Part shown: positions 23,063-36,039 of the stretch, piece by piece
How positions within the stretch are numbered: position 1 is the first letter of the stretch
How the letters are laid out: each line of letters starts with the position of its first letter
Made by a program: the position numbers and the translations under genes
NCBI RefSeq assembly: GCF_018977255.1
Contig: NW_024704743.1
Span: forward strand, 72,542,001-72,606,000
Reading direction: 5' to 3'
DNA: 64,000 nucleotides
Source of the DNA: Callorhinchus milii
Taxonomy: Eukaryota
Notes under the pieces: generated by a model
What the model saw: only the letters and a program-made list of their open reading frames with translations
The model's database searches: none
Told to the model about the DNA's origin: nothing

Positions 23063-23104
23063 CATTCAGTGCGCAGTGACAATGTGTCAGTGCACAATGA
23101 CAAT

Positions 23105-24160
23105 ATATTCTACTTAAGAAACCGCCAACAATACATCTTGGCAAATGTTTTTTCTTCCTACCCCCACCTGGTCACTTGTGGGGTACCCAAAGGCTCCATC
23201 CTCAGCCACTTTCTTTTCCTTATCTATATGCTCCCTCTCGGTGATTTCATCCGCAGACATGGGTCAACTTCTACATGTATGCGGATGACACCCAAATCTA
23301 CTTCACCTGCGACTGATGTCCTGTCAGCAAATTTCCTGCAGCTGTATGTTGGCGAGATGGAAGTCATACTCTTTAGCTCCCGTCAACGTCTTCTCCTGTG
23401 GGTCTGGACTCCTCAACCTTCCTGGGCTCTCTCTTGGACTCATCAAACCATTGCGTAACTTAGGCGTCAGGTTTGATCCCCAGCTTTCCTTTCTACCATA
23501 ATCTGTTCCCTGACTTGGATTGCTTTTTCTCACCTCCGCCACATTGCACGTCTCCGTCCATATCTCACAACCAAAGCAGTAACGAAGCCCTCGTCCACTC
23601 CTTCATCACTTCCCACTGAACTATTCTAATGTCCTCCTTGCCCCATACACAAAATTCAACTAATTTGAAACTCCACCGACCAGATACTCACGCGCACAAA
23701 ACTCCGTACCCCCATCACACCAGTCCTTGCCAGACTCCACTGGCTCCCAATTACCAAACAGTATGATTTCAAGATCCCCTCACTTGTTTTCAAATCGCTT
23801 TATTCCCTTGCACATCCCTACCTATCCGATCTGCTTACCCCCCACTCCACAACCTGCTGCCTCGGCTCAGCTTGCTCTAGCCTCCTGTTTGTCCCTCGTC
23901 CCCTCCGCTCCACCATCGGTGGCCATGCCTTCAGCCACTATGCCCCGAAATTCTGGAACTCTCTCCCTCAATCCCTCCGCCTTGCCCTCTTCTCTCCCCA
24001 CTTTTAAATCCCACCTATAGACCTTCCTTTTTCATCATGCTTACGGTCACCTTCCCCCTCCCTCTCCCCGTAGCTCAGGGTCAGACTCCGCCACTGTCAA
24101 GCTCACCGGGATGCTACCGTGCATGAGTGGCACTCCATAAATGCAAGTTGTTATTGTTGT
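23105..24160 (+). mobile_element. L2 LINE RT to 3' end
   Basis: [45 protein letters not shown] (YADD), RNLGVRFDPQLSF, tail ending GCAAGTTGTTATTGTTG. Confidence 0.9.
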
Positions 24161-24869
24161 ATGTCACCACTAATACAATCAAATACAAAAAAGCACAGCT
24201 GATGAAAGAAAGCTTCCAATTTTCAGTGTGATGTGTCTTAAGAACTGGGGCTCATTGCCTGGTTCGCTCCCTTTCAGATGTTGATTGATGTACTGAACAT
24301 TTCAAGCATTTTCGATTTTTATTTCTCACTTTTTATTTCTCAGCATCAGAATTTAAAAATCTCAACCACGAGGTTAAGATAATTTGAAAAAATCCTGTTG
24401 AAATCTAAGGAAACATTTTACAAATTATCAAAGAAACTTATTATGACTAGCTGTGACAAACTGGCATATGAAATGCGTGTAACAAGGGGCATAAAGAATA
24501 ATATATTTTTCAGTCTTCTCACTGTAAATGTGAAATATACCCAGTGTAAGAAGTAATATATGAACATTGACTTATAATGAGTTGATTTTGTTCCTGAAGT
24601 CAGGAATCGAAACATGCAATCCTCCTTATATTGTGAAGGCAATTCTCCTTATTTTGTCAAGACACCCTCTCGGCATCTGGTTCCGCCACTGTTAAGTGCC
24701 TGAGCGAATGGCACTCTATAAATGCAAGTTGTTGTTGTTACATTGGCCACTTGTGTAAAAAAGAACGTAAAATTGCAATGAAGCATTTCCTCTTAAGATT
24801 ACTTGTGCTGAATGTCGCATCTCTGCTTTTTCCGTTTTGCATACGAGATGCATTTCTGGAGATCCCTAA

Positions 24870-25335
24870 AACCTTGGGAATTTCATAGCACAGAAGCACA
24901 GTTTCTATGAAAATACTTCAGAATGCTAATTTCTCTTAAGGAACAGCAGAAATCGAATTAAGATTAAATGTAACAAAGTTATACAAAATTCATACATTTC
25001 AAGACAATAACTTTAAGGTTAAGACAAAGAGTAATTTCAGGACTGCTGAGATATTCTTTAGTCAAGGTAGATACCACGCTTATAAAGGAAGCAATTGTAA
25101 AATATTTTCTTTCCCTGTGGAAAACTCCCAGAGGCCTAAAAGTTGCACATTTTATTAGCCTTACACCATTCGCTCACAATTTAAGATGGCAACATTTTGG
25201 AAAATTCTTAAATTCAGCTTTATTTTGTAAGCCAGTTTTCCACCGTTCATTTTAAGACTGAATTGAAGAAAATTATGCACAATCTTAAATTTTAGGATAA
25301 TGGTTTTAAGGCTAACATCATGAGAAATTTCAGGT
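24870..25335. mobile_element. Two degenerate copies of an AT-rich palindromic MITE family
   Basis: Ends GTAATTTCAGGAC and GAGAAATTTCAGGTC; internal GAAAATTCTTAAATTC/CTTAAG motifs shared with 8576-8805, 36908-37118, 40190-40353 and 62690-62905. Confidence 0.45.
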
Positions 25336-25361
25336 CACATACTGCCACTTACCTCCACTGT

Positions 25362-25515
25362 GCAGTCCTGTGGCTCAGTGGTTAGAGCACTCATTTCGCA
25401 AGCGAGAGATCTGGGTTCAATTCCCAGCAGGGTGAAACATTGGGCAAGTTTCCTTACTTCACACGCCTCTGTTTACCTAGCAGTAAGTAGGAACCTGGTT
25501 GTTAGTCAATTGGCT
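25362..25515 (+). mobile_element. tRNA-derived SINE, long subfamily, 5' half
   Basis: tRNA head plus TGGGCAAGTTTCCTTACTTCACACGCCTCTGTTTACCTAGCAGTAAGTAGGAACC. Confidence 0.85.
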
Positions 25516-26800
25516 CAGCACACTAAACATTGAAACCCAAGCTCTGTGCCTGATATATATATAACTAGTCAGCTATTATGTATATCATTAAAACCTTGAA
25601 GATGGAAATGACAGTGTTGTTAATCTGCTCAGCTGCCTTTCACATTAAAGTTTAAAACTACTGGGTTACATCAGCAGGAGTGTAACAGGGACCAGTATGA
25701 AGCCAAAGCACCTTACACCTCCAGGAAAATGCCCATTGCATGATAGTTTGACACAATGAAACTTTTTGTTTGGACAGCCTTGTGCTTGACACATGCAGAA
25801 ACCAATCATCACCATGCTTAAGAGTATCCACACCAAACAGAATTCCATGCATCCCACCTATACATGGAAATTCTAGAGATATTTATTGGAATAGAATGTG
25901 CAATATCTCCCTAGAGGGACTTATCATGCTTACCTAATCCTGGAAAATATTAGGCACAGATTGGTATGAACCAAGGCTTGGAGACCCAGATTGCATTTTG
26001 GGGTATGTCTGGAGTCTAACCAGCTAAACACACATAACTTGCCATTGAAAGCATCTCCAGCAAGCTTTTTTGCTCCTTGTCCAGCTAGGACCACTCTACC
26101 CATTAGGGCTTTGATTTGCAGGGTTAACAGGAGCTGAGTGGGAAGAGTCCCTACTCTCCGTGACTGCTTTGCCCTTCCAAATCCTGTAGATGAGCCAGGC
26201 TGGCTGTGCTGTCATCAGCAGTGCCTTGGGGTAATGTGGACCCACCTAACGCAGGAACTGGACTGCCAAGACCACCACAGAGGACTGGCTCAATTCTGAT
26301 GTTCCAAACATGTCACCTGGTGCTATTCAGCTCCAAAGAGACTCACGTACCTCCTCCCAAGGAGAGTAGACGCCAGTTGGTCATTTGACATCTGACAAGC
26401 ATAGGTTTGAGCCCTCACTGGGTAGATGGCAAGTACCAGGAACTTCCTGAGATCTTCCCGGTGAGCAACACAGCTCAGCATGAAATGCATGAGAGCATTG
26501 CCACCAACTTCCTAGCCACAGCTCAGACACACATCCCTTCTCATTGAGCAATGGTGCCACCAGTTTGAGGTGCAGAGTTTCAGCAGCAGCTGCTTACCTC
26601 TCTCTGCAAACTATTCGAGCTGGATTCCAAATGCTGGATGTATGGACAAGTTGTTCACAACTTGGACTCCAGCCGCTGTCACCTCAAGCCTCAGAGTTTC
26701 TTCATCAGCTATCTGATGGACACCTGCCTTCAGTGTGGTGGAATGACCTTTACAGAGCATCTTCTGACTCACTTGTACTGGGTTTCTGCAGTCCTATAAA

Positions 26801-27160
26801 AAGTCCTGTAGCTCAGTAGTTAGAGCACTTGCCTCGCAAGCGAGATCTTGGTTTGATTCCTGGCAGGGCAAAACATTGGGCAAGAATCCTTACTCCACAT
26901 GCCTCTGTTTACCTAGTAGTAAGTAGAAATCCGGTTGTTAGTCGATTGGTGGATCACTTTTCCGAGGATAATAATTCCTTCAAAAAAAATAATAAATTGG
27001 TCACTCAATTCATGAGTGTTTTTGGGGCACTGCTGTGTGCAATTGGCTGGCGCATTTCGCCCACAAATTATACAGTCAATTCACTTTAGGGTATATTCTG
27101 TGTAGCGTTTTGAGACGTCTCGAAGATGTGATAAGGCACTATATCAAATGCAAGGATGTT
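26801..27160 (+). mobile_element. tRNA-derived SINE, long subfamily, full length
   Basis: Head, central GCCTCTGTTTACCTAG block, Deu-like segment, tail GAGACGTCTCGAAGATGTG...ATCAAATGCAAGG. Confidence 0.9.
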
Positions 27161-28312
27161 TTTTATATAACCTGCACCCTTGATGCAGCTAATATGGTTA
27201 CAATGAGGGCCTACCCTTCCAAGAGTGCAGATCCCTGGTCAAACGTTGTCAGGCCCTGTGAATCTTCTCCAGCCCCCAAGGTGGGTGGACTGTCGGAGGA
27301 TGGTTGGGGTTATGCCAGTGACAGGACCAGAGAGCACATCACTGATTCAGGGTGAGTCAACATTGATCAGTACCAACAGCACTAGATGTTATGCAAATAC
27401 AGCCCCACCTCTACTGCTGCATCAGCAAATATGGAGTATGTCCTGTATTAAGGTATCTATCCCCCGAGCCGATTACCTCTGGCAGATGGATCGGGCAGAT
27501 GTCTGGGTTTTTCCAGTTCTGAGCAAGTTAGTGTTTGAATTTGACCTGACTTAGGAGATAACAGTACAGATTTTCTAATCTACTTGTAAATCTGAAAGAA
27601 AAATGCAAGTTCTACCTTGCTTCTTTCAAGAGCACTCTCCTGCCATGTAGGCACAAACAAAAGTTCCAAAAAGGTTCTTCAGCTGCTTGTCTCCAATGGG
27701 TGTAGGAATTTGAGCACTAGGTTCATCAATGGAAACAGTCTGTAGAGTTCAAATGGCTCACAGAGTAGGTTAAATCCACTAATGTATAACTTTGTGAGCA
27801 GCATGAGATTCCACTGATAGGGTCAATGGAAATTTTATTAAACCAGATGTATGATAACATTTCAAACAGGCAGCTTTCAAAAATATCTGGAAGGCTGCTA
27901 ACTCAACAAGACATGTTTAGCACACATTTCAATTCGGTGTAACTGTACCTGTGAAGATCGGTACTCACATTTATTCTGGACCTAAAACGACCAAAACTGA
28001 TGTTTCTTAAAATTGGTTTGATGTGTGATTGATGATTTTCATGTTGGTCATTTGTGTTAAATTACCAATCTGTTCACGGACTAGCAAACTAATTCCTTAA
28101 TGTTGATCATGGATGACGAGGCTTTAAAATTATTTTCAAATAGTCTAAATTGACAGCAAAGAAAATGCTGCTTTATTCGTATTCAGAAAAATAAAAAATG
28201 GACAAACATAAATATCTCTCAAAAGTTACTGGTAAAGAAGGCATATGTGATGGATGAAAACTTCTGTGTCTACTGTGTGTCTATTTTGGCGGGTTAATAA
28301 TATACTCATATG

Positions 28313-28435
28313 TTAATAATAATAATAATCCTTGCATTTGATATAGCGCTTTTCACGTCTTCTCGACATCTCCAAGCATTTCACAGAATAGACTGTAAAG
28401 TGAATTGACTGTATATTTGTGGGCGAAACGTGAGC
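28313..28435 (-). mobile_element. SINE 3' fragment
   Basis: (TAA)n-TCCTTGCATTTGATATAGCGCTTTTCACG. Confidence 0.85.
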
Positions 28436-29624
28436 GAAAGCGAAATATGTATATTTTAAGCTCTCTGAGACACTACTCCGTGTGAAGGATGCTATTTTAA
28501 ATGCAAGTTGCTGTAATAGTATGACCAATCAAAGAGTGAAGGTTACAAGGGTTGACAGGATAACATTATCCGTTTTTAGTGTACTCTCACTCTTTGAATG
28601 CAGGAAATCTTCCACAGATTATGTTCTTATTGTCCACTGAAAGAACACCATTTGGATATTTTCTTAACTTCTTGACATTTTCTAAAAGTCATAGGATCTT
28701 CCCCCACTTCTGTGCCGTACAAGAATCTTGGTCTGAGACCAGTTCTTTTCAAAAGACTCAACATTCAGCATAAATCATACTAACTTGGCAGAGGAAACTA
28801 ATTTGCCAAGTATTAAGTAATCACACAAAAACGCCCCAAATGAGAATTAGTAACAGTATGAAAGGGTGAATATAGGACTGAATGGACTGCTCTATAAAAG
28901 TGTCAGCGTGGACAGGATGGGCAAAATGGCCTTCTTCTGTGCTGTAAATTTCTGTGGCTCTATAGATTTTACATATTTGGCAGTTAATCAACACTCTTTA
29001 TTTGTTTACCCACCACCTACATCCCTATTATGTCAACAATGTTGGTGCACTATCTATCACACCAATGCTAATCTCTGATGGACTAATGCACAAAAAGAGC
29101 ATCTTGGAAAACACACCCAGCCAATATTGCTTAGAACATACGAATATACAAGACTGTGACCAGACAATCACATAATCTGAAAGTAGCTGCTCACAAGTAA
29201 CAGGCTGTAACTAACACGTTTTTTACAACAACAAATTTCATTTGTATTGCGCCTTTCACATTGGGAATGGATGTCCCAAGGCACTTTAGATTTACAATGA
29301 AATGTAATCTCACTGGGAGATTCCAGACTTGCTGAATTTCTGCCTCAACAGCGTCCTGGGAGGATGTTCTTATCAGCCAGTCATCTAAGATAAAGGTAGA
29401 TGTAAAGATGCTGTAACTGAACTTTGCTGCTACTGACAGGCATTTGACAAATACTCTGGGAATTGACATGAGGCCATAAAGAAGAACCTTCAATCCTCCC
29501 CTTCAATGTTGAGTGTCAAATATATTCTGTAGAATTTACTGATTCCAATCTGCAAATCTACATTCTTCTAATGCCCTGTTTCCAGTCTCCTGGATGTAGT
29601 GTGCAAATAATCTGAGGGAATATC

Positions 29625-29775
29625 ACAATCTTTGCATTTTATGATAGCGTATTATCACATCATTGAGACTTCTCAAAGCGCTTTACAGAATACACTGTAA
29701 AGTGAATTGGCTGTATAATTTGTGGCCGAAACATGACAGGCATGTGGATGAAGGAATGAAGGAAACTTGCCTAAG
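29625..29775 (-). mobile_element. Degenerate, internally deleted SINE
   Basis: Tail plus AAGGAAACTTGCCTAAGG block. Confidence 0.65.
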
Positions 29776-30329
29776 GCCTAAGAATTATTATTTTTATTAT
29801 TATTAAGATGACAGCATTCAGTAAAGACAATCTTCTCTGAAAATGGAAAATGGAAAACAAAACTAACTTATTGTGAAAAACAAAAGATTCTCTTTCAACA
29901 GTTAATTAAGAACATATACTGTATCTCAAGATATTATTTCCTGAAATAAACATATCCAATTTGCCAATAATGTATCATTAGGAACACAACCATTGTATAG
30001 GGATTTAACACCTTTTGGGTCCAGTGTGGGTTGAATCTTCTCATATGTTTGGGAGTACAAAGTCATGTACCATAGTCACAGTCATTTTACATCTGCAGTG
30101 AACTTGAATTAATACTCCACACTGGCCAGCAGCCTTCTGGCTTGCCTTGAGAATAATCTTTCTCTGAATTCTGTGGGAGACTTCATATGGTGGAAGTCTT
30201 TAGCTTTAGCTACTAATTATCTTGAAGACATAATGTTCCTATCACTCAAAAACTTATTTCTTCCTTTGAGACAAATTAGTGAGAAGGTCAGTGATGAGGA
30301 AAATGAAGGCAGTTGGGCCTGTTTTCAAA

Positions 30330-30730
30330 AAGAGAAGACTACACCGATTGAATTTAAATTTACAGGATTAGGAGAACTACAGTGTTTTCACAAAGCTGAT
30401 GTAGGTAAATTTTACCCGCCTACAATGGAAGGTTCAAATCCTTTGACCGGGTTGGGGGGTGATAAATTACAAAAGAGAAAGTTATAAAAAAGAAACTTAG
30501 GTGTAAGAAGGGAGTTCAGCAACATTTTTTACTCATAGGTTAACAAATGTATGCTGTAAGCTATTGTGAAGGATTTGAAATAACTGGAGTTCAAGAGGCA
30601 ACTGGATACATTTCTGACAGAAGGGATCAAAGAGTCTCTTGAAAAGGCAGAAATGTGGGGAGGAAATCAATCAAACTTGAATGTGCTTTTTGGGTTTAAT
30701 GTTCCTTTCCTGTTCCTAAAAATATTTATA
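30330..30730 (+). mobile_element. CR1 LINE 3' fragment (old)
   Basis: TTCAAGAGGCAACTGGATACATTT..GGGATCAAAG..AGGCAGAAATGTGG..CCTTTCCTGTTCCTA, a CR1-type 3' end. Confidence 0.6.
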
Positions 30731-30987
30731 TCTTCCTAAATCAACTAAAATATTTGTTCTTATGTCCTATCATTTGTTGACGTAAAGGAGCAGTGCCTGA
30801 TCTTCCCAGAATGTAAATGTGTTGAGAGTTTAACAAACAAACTGAGGAAACCAATTTTAAACTCACATCTGGTGCAAATGTTTTTTTTATATATAAATCT
30901 GAGCATGTTAATCATGTTAGTGATAGAGTCTTTTTGGAGCCACTATTTTTGAACGCTACATTGTTGGCTCCATAAAATTAAAGGATT

Positions 30988-31400
30988 AACAACAAATTGC
31001 ATATATAAAATGCCTTTCACGTTGGGAGGATGTCCTAAGGCACTGAACAGCTGAGGGTTTGCACCTGAGCTCAGGGTTGAATATAGGAGGGATGGGAACC
31101 CGGTGGCGTGAGGGTGAGGAGGAAGAAGATAACAGAAAGAGTGGTCAAAGAGTAAGGTCCGGAGCTGGACCTTGAAGGAGGCGAGGGAACAGAAGAGGTG
31201 AAGGGATTCTGGGTTGGAGTTCCAGAGCGTGGGGACAGAAAGGCTGAAAGCCCGAATGCCAATGGTGGGACGGGCAAGGTGGGGGATATGAAGCAGGTCG
31301 GTGCCTGCTGAGTGGAGGAAGCAGACAAGTTGGTAAGGTTTAAGAAGGTTTCAGAGGCAGGGTGGGACAAGATCCTGGAGGGATTTAAAAGTGTGGATCT
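30988..31400 (-). mobile_element. L2 LINE 3' fragment
   Basis: Tail hairpin (TTTCACGTTGGGAGGATGTCC) and G-rich body matching other copies. Confidence 0.85.
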
Positions 31401-32729
31401 CTGCATTGAAACCATGACTGTTCTAAATTTTTTTACATTGATTTGTACTTTTTTTTGTTGCTTATAGCCTTCTGAATTTTTTACATTTGTGCAGATTCTG
31501 AGCACCAATTTAAATGGAAAATTGTAACTACATAAGATACCTATGTATCATTTTGGTGTATAAAGAGCACTATGAATATATTAATCAGTTTTATTAGAGG
31601 GAATATGCTGAAGATATGAGGTTAAACCTGATGTAAATAAACAGTAATGTGGATTTGTGGCTTCTGAGCAAAACAAAACAGTGACCAGCATCTCAACCCA
31701 TTCTTATTTTCCAGGCTTGGCAAATTCAATACATAGGAGTTTCTGGAGCATAACTATATATTGAAAAGTCAGGATCATTTGCAGTGATTTACATATGCTT
31801 AGATGCCTTGATCACAGATCAAGTACCGAAATCATACTTTTATAGAAACACCAAACAGTTTATCAACTACAGACACCTTGTCTATAGCCTGACCACAGTA
31901 AATGGCCCAAATTTATCATTGATAAGTGACGGTTGCCAGCAGCACTGCTGAGGGAAGTCAGTCTCACCATGCTTATCTTTGTTCTGATAAGTGGAATCAT
32001 AAACATAGGTCTTTTTAAAGGTGGTCACTGCAATCAAACAATAAACAAGGAAGGTTAGAGAGGTGGCTAAACAAACCTATCACCATTAGATCCAGGGGTG
32101 TTATTTGACTCATCATTTACTAGGTCAAAACAGTATTAGGCAGCAATGAAGAACAACAGTATTCATTTTCTTTATCTATTAAGACCAGCACGTGGCCTAA
32201 TAACTGGCAACTGAAGTTTGATACAGATACATGCAAGATACGACATGAAGGAATAATAATAATAGTAATCCTTATTAGGGAGAGATTTCCAAGTTTTGGG
32301 GTGTAGTGACTGAAAACACAGCCTCCGATTGTGGAGTGGTTCAGGGCCAAGCAGGAGACCAGAGCCAGCCGAGCAGAGTAAGCAGGTCAGAGAGGTAGGA
32401 GGTGCCAAGGCTTGAAGGAATTTGTAGACGAGTGTGAGGATCTTGAAGTCGATCCATTTTGTGATAGGAAGAATGGAGCCTGGCAAGGACTGGTGTGATA
32501 GTGTTTAGAGTGGGTGAGTATATCGGCATTGGAGTTTTGAATTACTTTAACAAGGCAAACAAGGCTATATTGCTAAATTAGTTTAGATCCCCAGATGTCA
32601 CACTCAGGCTACATAGTGCTCCGGTCAGACCAAAGCTACAACAACAACAACAAAATTACATTTATAGAGCACCTTTCATGTCGGGAGGACGTCCCAAAGC
32701 TAGAGGACTGCATCACAACTTAAGGGGCT

Positions 32730-33245
32730 GTCAAGGTCCTAGAAGCAATGCAAAGGAAAACAACAAGGATGATTTCCCAGTGTTAGAGGTATGAGGTATA
32801 ATCAACAATCAGACAAGCTAGGACACTTCAGTCTTCAGTCTTGGGATGTCCTCCCAATGCGAAAGGCGCTTTACAAATGTAATTTTGTTGTTGTTGAAAG
32901 GAGGCATTTCAGAAAGCACCTCATTAAGATGTAAACAATTTTAAATGGGATTGAAAAAGTAAACCTAGAAAAATACATTATGATGTACCAAGACAGTAGA
33001 ACAAGAGGACGTAGGTTTAAGAGTTACAAGTGAAAATTTCAGGACGGACACCAGGAAGATTTTTTTTGCCCAGAGAGACATTAGCGATTGGTTGCCAGCG
33101 AAACAGGTTGAGGCCAAGACACTGGACTCATTTATAAAGCAGCTTGACGTTGTGATGGGAGGATGGTAGGGTGAGTGTTCTGGAGGGATAAGATCAGATG
33201 GGCCAAAGGGCTTTCTTCATTCAAACCCATCTTGTGATCTTGTGA
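32730..33245 (+). mobile_element. CR1 LINE 3' fragment interrupted by an L2 tail (about 32838-32897)
   Basis: Degenerate QR..TRMI, KILNGIEKV, RTRG..FK motifs and the CR1 3' tail. Confidence 0.75.
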
Positions 33246-33279
33246 ATAAAGGGACCATTGTTCTTATGTAAATCAAGAT

Positions 33280-33640
33280 AACAATAACTTGAATTTATAA
33301 AGCAACAAGAAATTACATTTGTATAGCACCTTTCACTTCAGGAGGACGTCCCAAGGCGCTAGACAGTCAGGGATTTGGACACAAGCAGGGGATTGGCATC
33401 AGGAGGGGTGGAGGGCAAAGAGGGTAGGGATAGAAAGGTGGTCGGAGGTGCAGTTGAAGGGGGTGGTGTCTTGAGACGTGCCTTGAAGGAAGCAAGGGAG
33501 GGAGCAAGTTGAAGGGACTGTGGGATGAAGTTCCATAGGGTGGGGGTAGAAAAGCTGAAGGCCCGATCGCCGAAGATGGGGTGGGAAGGGCGGGGGACGT
33601 GGAGCAGCCCAGAGTCTGCTGATTGGAGGGAGCGGGCATG
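33280..33640 (-). mobile_element. L2 LINE 3' fragment
   Basis: ARSLQSADSGLLHVPR..FGDRAFSFSTPTLWNFIP..FKARLKT, plus tail. Confidence 0.88.
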
Positions 33641-34454
33641 TTCATATGACAATATTGCGCCCCTCACGCAGAGTGGCATCCCAGAGAGCATAAGACATAC
33701 AAACACAGGAACCACAGATATGGATTCACATAGGATTCATAAAGATTGAGCATTTCTGTTGGGCTGGGGTTATGCACATTTGGCTAGAATCAATCTTTAC
33801 AATTCCTGTGCAAATCTAGGTTGTGCTTTAGACCCCAGCGAGTGCAATTGGGGGATTCTACTGTAAATGGTGTCACAACTGAGTTTGATCTTGATTCTGT
33901 ACCTGACATACCCACATATACATATAATATTACCCAGTTTACCATTGCTTCTCCTGCCTTTGACTGAGATTGAATAGCAGCACAGACAAAATGTTGATCA
34001 TATGCCTGAGAGAAAAGGGAATAGAGAGGGAAGAACAAAAAGAGAGGTTTGCGAGGGGATAGGGAAAGATGATTATGAGGCGCACGTGTGACATGGACTA
34101 GTTGGGCCGAACAGTCTAATTTGGTGCTGTATAGTTTATGTAAATCTATGAACAAGGGATAACTTTGGGTTGCTGCATCATGCAGCAAAATTACCCATTG
34201 TGGGAGCTCTGAGTATGTAATCACATGCACACGTGTACAATCACTATTCCCCACTTCACTGTCACTTCCCCCTCCATCAACTAAGATCAAATAACAACAC
34301 AGACCAGAGATTGAACCAGGGACCACCTTTGGGTCGTCACATCACGCATTGGAATTATCTGTTGTGGGAGCTCACAGTGTATAATTGTGTACAAGTCTAT
34401 ATTTTCCATCACAAGAAATGTGGTAAACTGCCTTTGAAGGAAACTGGGATCCAA

Positions 34455-34530
34455 AACTGTAAAGCGCTCTGAGACGCTGTCCGGCGTGGAGAGCCCTATA
34501 TAAATCCAAGTTGTTGTTATTGTTGTTATT
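34455..34530 (+). mobile_element. L2 3' tail only
   Basis: AAAGCGCTCTGAGACGCTGTCCGGCGTGGAGAGCCCTATATAAATCCAAGTTGTTG, same family as 1150-1220. Confidence 0.8.
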
Positions 34531-34531
34531 C

Positions 34532-35825
34532 TAGTTGGGGAGAGGAGTTGGCAGCAGAGTTTTGTATGACCTGGATTTTATGAATGGTAGTGGAGGGGAG
34601 ACTGGCAAGGAAGGTATTTGAATAGTCCAGCCGAGAGGTGACAAAGGCATGTACCAGGGTTTCAGCAGCTTTTGGAGAGAGGTATTGGTGGAGACGGGCG
34701 ATGCGTCAGAGGTGAAAGAAGGCGATGCTGGTGAGGGACCGGATGTGGGGGAGGAAGGATAATTGGGGGTCAAACCTGAGATTGCGTATGGATTCGGAGA
34801 ATTTTCGGGGGAGGTCGGGTAGGTGAGAACCGTGAGATTTTAGACGTTGATGAGAGCCAAAGAATATGGCTTCCGTCTTGTCAACGTTCAGCTGATGGAA
34901 ATTTGTGCTCATTCAGCCCCTGAGGTCTGACAGGCAGGCTGACAGAACATCAGGGGACTGGGGATTGCAATATGAAGTGGGAAAATAGAGTTGGGTGTCA
35001 TCTGTAGCTCAGATGGAGTCTGAGCTCAGTGGTTAGAGCACTCGCTTTGCAAGTGAGAGACCTGAGTTCAATTCCAGGCAGAGGGCGAAACCCTGGGCAA
35101 GTTTCCTTACTCCACACAGAGCCTAATAATAATCCCTCCAAAAAAAAAAACAAAAACAATAATAAATTGGTCATTTTCAATCCACGACTGTTTGTGGGAC
35201 ATTGCTGTGCGCAATTGGCTGCCGCGTTCGTCCACAAATATACAGTCAATTCACTTTACAGTGTGTTCTGTGAAGCGCTTTGGGACGTCCTCCCAACGTG
35301 AAAAGCGCTATATCAAATGCAAGGATTATTATTATTATTATTATCTGCATACATGTGGAAATGTACCCCATGTCTGCGGATGACATCCCCAAGAGGGAGC
35401 ATGTAGATCAGGAAAAGGAGGGGGCCAAGGATGGATCCTTGGGGTACCCCTCAGGTAACCGGGTGAGAGCGGGAGGAGAAGCCGTTTGTGCCGATGTACT
35501 GCTGGCGGTTTGTAGGTAGGACTCGAACCAGGCGAGTGTGGTCCAACTGAGGTGGATGACGGAGGAAAGGCAGTGGAGGAGGATGGCGTGATCAACTGTG
35601 TCGAACGCGGCGGAGATGTCCAGGAGGACAAGGAGGCAGAGGGAGCCCTGGTCACAGAGAGAGAGGATATAATTTGTGACTTTCACAATCGCAGTGTCTG
35701 TACTGTGGGCAGGGCGGAAACCAGATTGACGGGGTTCGAAGAGGGAGTGTGAGGAGAGGTGTGCGCGAAGTTGATTGGCAACAACGCGTTCTAGGACTTT
35801 TGCGAGTAAGGGCAGGTATTTAGGT
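34532..35825 (-). mobile_element. L2 LINE RT fragment split by a SINE
   Basis: LAKVLERVVANQL..QSGFRPAHSTDTAIVKVTN..LLDISAAFDTVDH; continues on the other side of the SINE with FHQLNVDKTEAIFF. Confidence 0.9.
35015..35342 (+). mobile_element. Young SINE, short subfamily, inserted in the L2 YADD codons
   Basis: Full head to (TTA)n tail; ATCTG repeated at 35000-35004 and 35343-35347. Confidence 0.92.
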
Positions 35826-36039
35826 ATTTTACGTGGACATTCTGAAGTTAAAGAGCAATGAGGAAACAGCAATTGTAGCAGATTGTCATTGAATCAATAG
35901 ATGTTGAAGCCACTTTGTAACAACCAATGTTTTTACACACAATGGGGATGCTTGTAATATTAACATAATTCATGATGATACCCATCTTTTCTCTATGTCC
36001 ATGAATAATTAAACAAAAAATAAATTTCACTCATTTAAA

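Noticed and set aside
18245..24160. Intact autonomous LINE or domesticated reverse transcriptase
   Set aside because: All RT and endonuclease fragments are frameshifted, truncated or internally deleted
26105..27560. GC-richer stretch around the SINE, possibly a decayed DNA transposon or gene
   Set aside because: No convincing TIR pair, ORF or motif could be established by eye
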